Assembly (NCBI RefSeq): GCF_000142905.1
Contig: NW_013657678.1
Location: 248,001 to 312,000, forward strand
Length of the DNA: 64,000 nt
Origin: Thecamonas trahens ATCC 50062
Lineage: Eukaryota > Protista > Apusomonadida
Direction: 5' to 3'
The translations under genes and the position numbers were made by a program. The first letter of the stretch is position 1; each line of letters begins with the position of its first letter. The notes below the pieces were generated by a model. The model did not search any database. It was given only the letters and a program-made list of their open reading frames with translations, and was not told the origin of the DNA. Below are positions 57,901 through 64,000 of this stretch, in pieces.

Positions 57901-60291
57901 CGAGGTGGCCGAACTGGAGCGGACTCGCGACGGTGCGCTTGATACTGCATCGGCTGCTGCCGATGAGCTCGAGCGCGTCCGCGCCGAGTTTGACTCGTTG
58001 GCCGCCGAACTGGAAACGTGCCGGTCCGAGGTCCGCGCTCGCGACGATGAGCTGCGCCGGGCCAAACGAAGCCACGGCTCGCTGGAGAACTCAGTGGCAC
58101 TCCTGCTGCAAGAAAAACCGAGCTCGAGTCCAAGTACGACGGGCTCAACGGCGAGCGCATGGCACTGCTGGAGGAACTGGGCCGCCTGCGGGAGACTGAG
58201 GCTGCGCTGGCCAACGTCCAGGCGCGCGCTGACAACTTTGAGTCGCTCCTCGGCCAAGAGCGCCAGATCGGAACGGAGGCGTCGACAACGCTCGTCGAGA
58301 TCCAAACTCGCCTCGCCCAATCTGAGCTCGAGCGGGCTGCGCTCGATTCGCAGCTGCGCTCGGCACGAGTTGAGCTGGCCCAGGCTCAGGGCTCGGCCGA
58401 GGCGCTGCGCGAGCAGTTAACCGAGGCAAATGCCGAAGTTGCCACCGCTCGCAACGCCGCTGCCTCTACCCGATCCATGCTGCAGAACGAGCGGGCTGCG
58501 TGGGAAGCCAAGGTTGGAGCTGCAGCCGTCTCTGCCCAGCAAGTGCAGGACTCGATCACTCGCGACTTTGAAGCGGCGGCACTGCTTGCCGATGACAACG
58601 GCCGTGCGCTTGCGGCTGCCAACGTCGAGCTCAGCTCGCTGCGTGAGGAGCTGGACGAGGCAAGGGCCGACGCGCGGAGTGCCCGCGAGGAGGGCCGCCG
58701 ACTCAAGCGAAGCGCTGAGGAAGCCAATCGCCTTGCCGAGAGCCGCGAGCACGAGCTTGCAGCTGCCCGCGAGTCAGCGGCGCGGCACCAAGCCGAGATT
58801 TCTGAGCTCGCTCTGCAGCTTGCCGATAAGCGCGATGAGGCAGCGGCGGCCGAGGAGGTCAAGGCCAAGGCCGCTGCCGAGGCCGCTGACGCTCGTGAAG
58901 AGGTGGCGCGTGCGCAGGCAAGTGTGGCGCGTATGCAGGCCGACCTTGCGGCTGCACGTGGCGAGCTCGAGACTGCCCAGGCTCAACGGGCGGCCGAGGC
59001 GCTTGCCAACGCATCTGCAAAGTCGCAGTTGGAGAACTCAGCGCACACTGTTCGGGTCCAGCTCGACGACGCCCGGCACCAGTTGGAGGACTCGCGGCGG
59101 GAAGTTGGCGCGCTGCGCGAGGAGCTGGCTGCTGCCCGTCGCGAGCTTGCTGCCAAGGACGCGTCGCATCGCGAGCGGTCGCTGGAGACAACCGCCATCG
59201 CGTCGCAGGCCTCGATGGCAGCGCTAGAGCGGGCGCGGACTGTCAGTGAGCTGAGTCAGGCCCGCCAAGAGAACGCCCGACTCCGCGCGCTGGCCGATGA
59301 GCTGCAGGCTGAGGTTGAGCGCGAGCGCGCCCGGGGCAACGAGCGGCGCAGTGCGCAAAATTTTGCCTCGGACAAGGTGACGGCGCTCGAAGCCCGGGTT
59401 GTCTCTCTCACCGTAGCGCTTGACAAGGAGCACGTCAGCGCGACCAAGGCCGTGCTTGGCTTCCGGATGCTGCAGCACCACCTGGAGCGTGCTAACGCCT
59501 TCCGGGCTTCGCTCATCTACCAGAAGCAGTACCTCATCCTCCTTCTCGGCGGCTTTGAGGCGTGCGAGATGGCGACCATGTCGTATCTCTCCCGCCTCGG
59601 TGCTGTCCATCAGGAGCAGCTCCAGCTTGGAGGGTCGGCTGCGGTTGCGGCACGCAAGCGCACCGCCCGTCGCCGATTCCGAGTCGCCGCTCATGTTGTG
59701 CGCGGCATTGTCCGCCTCCGCATCCTCGCGCGCCGCTTTGCCAAGCTGGAGACGTCGACCCGCGCCCAGATGGCCGAGCTGGGCGAAGACGTGCCCCAAC
59801 CAACGCCGATGCCGCCGCCATCACGGATGACACCACCGCTGCAGCGGCGCCCGCCGCCGGCAGCCCAAGCCTCAAGTCATGGCACTCTCCGCGCGCTGAA
59901 CCCGTCATACGAAGTGCGGCAGCGGCGTGGGCTCGCCTCAGCAGACCTCGATCACGCGAGCTCTGGCCACGCCCACCGACCGCCAGCTCTGACCCGGGTG
60001 GCACCAACTCGCGAAGTGCAGCCGCCTTTGGAGCGCCGCAGCGAGTACGTTGAGTATGCCCACCCGAGGGCGCCATCGGCGTACGGCTCGCAGAATGCCC
60101 CGCCCAACCGCGAAGCCGCCGCCACCGGCGCCGCTGAGCGCGAGCAGGCCTATGCTCGCCTGGCGCAGCTGCGGTCATCGACCCGTGCCGAGATCGAGGG
60201 CGATCTCTCAACCGGGCGCGTGCCATCTGCACACCTCAAGGCTTATCTGGCGTCGATTGACGATGCCATGACCAAGTTGTCGACCATGTAG
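51961..60291 (+). CDS. Pericentrin/AKAP9-like centrosomal coiled-coil protein with C-terminal PACT domain, ~2,750 aa; intron 52006-52094; frame breaks near 55330 and 58115
   Basis: PACT motif LERANAFRASLIYQKQYLILLLGGFEACEMATMSYLSRLG...RRFRVAAHVVRGIVRLRILARRF; N-terminal REELLAKGREQ|FNKHKK; heptad coiled coil continues across three overlapping ORFs. Confidence 0.85.
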
Positions 60292-60563
60292 CCAGCCCGT
60301 CGTGTTCGAGCCGCACCATGTTGACTTACCCAATGTAAAGCAAGCGATTGTCAGATTGTTGATCAGGGCAATGCAATTTGTCTGAAGAGCGCAGGACGTT
60401 GGAAGGGTGAGGCGAGCAGCATTGCCCTGCACTCGTACGTAGTCTTCGGGTCGTGGCCGCTGTGGCAGCAACGCGTGCGTGCGGTTCAGCGGCGGCGTGC
60501 ATCGCAGCCGACGCTCTCTTCGCCCGTCACAGGCACTTGTCGCAGATTGCAGCACTCGTACAC

Positions 60564-61954
60564 ATGGTCGCTAGCGGATTCTTTTGTGTCGTCTCTCTAC
60601 AGCTGCGGGGCCGTGTGGTGCTGGTGTTGGCTGTGTTGGCGCTGGTGGCAGCGGCGGGGAGTACGCGTGCGGCACCTGTGGAGCTACTGACGGTGCCTGA
60701 CGACGCAAACGGATTCCCCACAAAGGTGAAGAGCGCGGGTGCAGTTGCGGTGGACGGCAAGACCGGGTACTATGTGTCGCTGGTGGAAGGCGCGCCCGCA
60801 GCGCCATGGCACCTCCACATGTGGCGGTGTGATCTGGACGGCGCAGCGCCGACCTGCAGCCAGATTATGGGCAACGACGCGCCGGCCTCGTTTTCGCCCG
60901 ATGTGGCCCTGGCGGTTGGCCCACCGCTCGCTGGGCCGCTGCTGGTCTACTCTGGGAGTGCCGGACTGGTGACGGTGGCCTGCCTCGACGAGACGTGCGG
61001 ATCGGTGAACAGTACTACCCACGGGTCAGTGAATGTGATGACTGCGTCGCGGCTTCGGGTGGCCCGCGACGGTGGCGCGCGGCTGCCAGTGATCACGATG
61101 CGGCTGTCAAACACTGATGGCATGGTTGTGGCATGCAACAACGTGGTCTGCTCGTCTGCAACGAGCTCCAAGATTTTTGGCTCTCAGGCGCAGCCGCCCA
61201 AGAACGCCGACCTGTCAGCGGTCGCTTCTGACAACGAGGTCTTTGTCGGCTACCAGGCGTCAAGCTGCAGTGACGCCGGCTCGCCGACCGAAGCAGAGTA
61301 CATTTCGTGCACGACGACGGCGTGCTCGGCGATGACCCCAGTGGCTGAACTGGCTACCATCGGCAAGTGCACGAGCTCGTGGCTGAGCGGCATGACTCAC
61401 GTCGGTGTGGGTGAGCCAGTCAACAAGGCCACGCTGCCGTACGTGTTCTTCTACAACTTGGAAAGCGATTCGATCATGCTTGCCCGCTGCACCAATGCCG
61501 AGTGCGGGAATCCGGTGGTGCAGACCGTGACCGAGCCGGGTGTCTCCAACTGGCGGATGTGGCAGGGCGAGGCCGAGACCGTTCCGCTCTTTGTCACCGC
61601 GCCAACTGCTGCCTTTGGCAATATTCCGTACGCCGTCGCCATCTGCGCCGGCATGGCTGCAGACTCGGGATGCTCCAGCTTCAAGCATGCCTCGTTCGGC
61701 GTCGGCGCCGACATTGCTCTCGGCTCGCCTGCCGTCGCCGGTAACGCGGACGCCTCGGTCGTCGTCATGGGCTACGCCGCGCACGACGACGAGGCCAAAG
61801 AGTCGAAGATCATGTTCGACTACGCCACTGCCTCTAGCTTTCAGCCGGGATCGGGAACGACATCTGCAAGCATCATCTCTTTGCCCGCCCCCGCCTCATC
61901 GCTGCGCTTGTCCTCGTCCTCGTGCTTGCCCTCGTTGCGCCTGGAGCCCTGTAG
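60564..61954 (+). CDS. Secreted Cys-repeat surface protein, probably GPI-anchored; frame break near 61888; start uncertain
   Basis: Signal-like VVLVLAVLALVAAAGSTRA-AP; six C-x4..9-C repeats; hydrophobic tail RLIAALVLVLVLALVAPGAL* in the -1 frame. CTCTCTACAG at ~60593-60602 may be a splice acceptor. Confidence 0.6.
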
Positions 61955-62110
61955 CCCGCCGATCGTTTCTGTATCCTCCAACAAAGTCGATGGCAAACCA
62001 CGACCTTTCTGTACGCAGGTCTCCCCCCTTCCCCCCTTCCCCCCTTCCCCCCGCCCCCCCCCCCTCCCCACCCCTCCCCACACACCCACCCTTGCACGTA
62101 CTTTACGCCA

Positions 62111-63463
62111 ATGGCTGAGGTCCACCAGGGTGTGCGGACGGGAGTGGCCGTGTACGCGGCAAATAGTCCGTGCGAGGACATGCACCTGCAGACCGCGGTG
62201 GGAGGCGGAAGCGTGGTGGCGGTGTTGGACGGACACGGTGGGGCGCGGGCGGTCGCCTTTGCCCGCAACAAGCTTGTGGCTGCGCTCGGCGAGGCGTTGG
62301 ATGGCGTACCTCCCACTGGAGTAGGTGCGGCCATGCAAGGAGCTCTGCTGGCAGTTGATGATGCGCTGCTGGCCGAGATCAAGGCCAAGCCGTATCCGAC
62401 CACCGAGGCCGAGTTTGACGACAAGATCGGCCTGATGGAGCAAGGCGCGTGCGCGTCGCTGGTGTGGATCCCGACGCACGGGCGCGGCGAGATGGCGGTG
62501 GCACATCTGGGTGATACGCGAGTTGTGGCCGGCTCGCCATTGGGCGTTGCCCACGCTCTCTGCGAGGTGCACAACGCCGCAGAGCCTGCCGAGCGAGCCC
62601 GGCTCCAGGCTGCGCTGCCAAAGGACAAGCGCCTGTTTAAGACATATCCGGGGGCAGAGCCGGGCTCACTCAAGTACTATGTCAAGGGCATTGTGCAGGT
62701 GACCCGAGCGCTCGGCGACGGATATCTCAAGGACCGCGAGCTAGCTCGACTGCACAACAAAGCCGCGCCACAGTTCAAGGTCTCGCCGCTGCCCAAAGAG
62801 GCTGCGCCGTACGTCTCGCCGCACGCACAAGTCGCGTCGCTCGTCATCGGGCGCGGAAGCAAGGACGAGCCCGCCTTTGTCGTTGTTGCCTCCGATGGGC
62901 TCTGGGACCACATGACCGACGGTGAGGTGACTCGCTTTGTGGCGAGCCGGCTGACCGCTGCCGCCCTGGCCGGCCCGGCCCGCTCCCAGATCTCTGACGC
63001 CGCCCTCAACGCCACAGCACAGGCTCTCATTGATGCTGTCCTTGACAAAGTTGCCGCCGGCTTTGAGCTCACCCGTGCCGAGCTCGAAGCCAAAGTCGCC
63101 GGCGCTCGCGGCGACTCGGGTCGGCGATCCTACCACGACGACATCACCGTCATTGTGGCGCTCCTCCCGGTCCCGCCTCCTGCAGCTGTGCCAGCTGAAG
63201 CAAGCTCGCCCATGGTGCGCCAGCCATCGCGTCCGCTCATGCCCATCGCCGAGGTCGGCCGTGACTTTTCGGTCGTCAACACCACAGCCAAGATGCAGGC
63301 GCTCTCGTCGCCGCCTGTCGCGCCGGTTCGGTCCCGCCGCAAGCGGGCTCCGCCGACGTCGACTGCGCCCTGCTCAGTCGAGCAGAGCCAAGCCGCTGAG
63401 AGCTCGCCACTACAAACCCGGGCCCAGCGCAGGCTGAAGCGGCAAAAGCGGTTGGGCCGGTGA
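62111..63463 (+). CDS. Protein phosphatase 2C (PPM family, PP2C-D/PDP-like)
   Basis: ANSPCED, AVLDGHGG, AHLGDTR, HNA...E, VKGIVQVTRALGDGYLK, FVVVASDGLWD and RRSYHDDITVIV; basic C-terminus. Confidence 0.93.
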   Translation: MAEVHQGVRTGVAVYAANSPCEDMHLQTAVGGGSVVAVLDGHGGARAVAFARNKLVAALGEALDGVPPTGVGAAMQGALLAVDDALLAEIKAKPYPTTEAEFDDKIGLMEQGACASLVWIPTHGRGEMAVAHLGDTRVVAGSPLGVAHALCEVHNAAEPAERARLQAALPKDKRLFKTYPGAEPGSLKYYVKGIVQVTRALGDGYLKDRELARLHNKAAPQFKVSPLPKEAAPYVSPHAQVASLVIGRGSKDEPAFVVVASDGLWDHMTDGEVTRFVASRLTAAALAGPARSQISDAALNATAQALIDAVLDKVAAGFELTRAELEAKVAGARGDSGRRSYHDDITVIVALLPVPPPAAVPAEASSPMVRQPSRPLMPIAEVGRDFSVVNTTAKMQALSSPPVAPVRSRRKRAPPTSTAPCSVEQSQAAESSPLQTRAQRRLKRQKRLGR

Positions 63464-63623
63464 GTGTGCCTCCGTCTAGCACGTTTGCGCCATGCACGTG
63501 CAGCCCAAAGTGAAAGACTGGAATAGAACACTCTCCGTTCACTCGACTAAGGCCAGGCAAGCCACATCTGCAGTCGCCTCATCCTGCACGGCTGCCGACT
63601 TGTTTCTGGCCTCCACCGGACTC

Positions 63624-64000
63624 ATGTTTGGAAGCGCAAAGGTGGCTCTGTCGCTCCACGCGGCTGCCGCGGCCGGTGATGCGGCAAGGGTGGAGTCGCT
63701 TTTGGAAGCCGGGGCGGACGCAGGAGCAGGCAACGATCGCGGGTGGACGCCGATGTACGTGGCGGCACACTACGGACATGTCCACATCATCAAGATCCTT
63801 GCGGGAAGTCCAATAGCCGATGTCAATGCGCCCAACTCTCGCGGATGGACGCCGCTGCATGTGGCGGTGGTCTGCGGGCATGACGATGTGGTGGACTGGC
63901 TGGTCAGCTGCGGCGGAGCCGATGTGGATGCCGTCTCGGTTGCCGGCGAAACGCCGCTGATCCTTGCCGCCAAGCACAATCGGACCAACATGATTGACAT
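63624..64000 (+). CDS. Ankyrin-repeat protein, 3' end outside the window
   Basis: Manual translation: LHAAAAAGD...LLEAGAD, GWTPMYVAAHYGH, GWTPLHVAVVCGHDDVVDWLV and GETPLILAAKHN. Confidence 0.9.
   Translation, partial: MFGSAKVALSLHAAAAAGDAARVESLLEAGADAGAGNDRGWTPMYVAAHYGHVHIIKILAGSPIADVNAPNSRGWTPLHVAVVCGHDDVVDWLVSCGGADVDAVSVAGETPLILAAKHNRTNMID

Noticed and set aside
46176-58119. Canonical X XXY YYZ slippery heptamers at the frame breaks
   Set aside because: The sites (e.g. C GAA AAG, G TTT TCA, A GAA AAA) do not share the canonical -1 frameshift heptamer or any common motif, which weakens classical programmed frameshifting.
12634-60291. Calling the frame-broken genes pseudogenes
   Set aside because: No premature in-frame stops or motif decay, conserved domains persist after the breaks, and simultaneous loss of GCN1, PACT and TRAF7-like genes is implausible.

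Overview
A gene-dense, GC-rich eukaryotic window with a 100-N assembly gap at 40943-41042. It comes from a flagellated protist; the gene content and style suggest an apusomonad such as Thecamonas, which is an inference. About 20 protein-coding genes can be reconstructed by hand: two tandem LIM proteins, a calmodulin-like protein, a WH2/polyproline protein, PACRG, eIF2B-alpha, a low-complexity coiled-coil protein, a small coiled-coil protein, GCN1, a ~2,670-aa multi-C2 protein, PIG-M, CC2D2A, an axonemal dynein light chain-domain/EF-hand/IQ protein, a ~2,360-aa WD40/HEAT protein, a TRAF7-like RING-WD40 protein, Hsp10, a pericentrin/AKAP9-like PACT protein, a Cys-repeat secreted protein with a probable GPI anchor, a PP2C and a partial ankyrin protein. 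The most striking pattern is 14 reading-frame breaks in 7 otherwise intact genes. Thirteen are -1 and one is -2/+1. Each can be repaired by adding a base to a short run, or by adding C on the mRNA strand. Homopolymer under-calling in the assembly is the most likely cause, but insertional editing, polymerase slippage or -1 frameshifting would look the same and is easy to test. Other observations: introns lie almost only at 5' ends, including ATG-only first exons; there is one GC-AG intron; convergent genes end 11-28 bp apart; poly(G/C) tracts mark non-coding spacers; the giant C2 protein contains an unrecognised duplicated module; and ciliary genes are common. No rRNA, tRNA, CRISPR array or mobile element was recognised.
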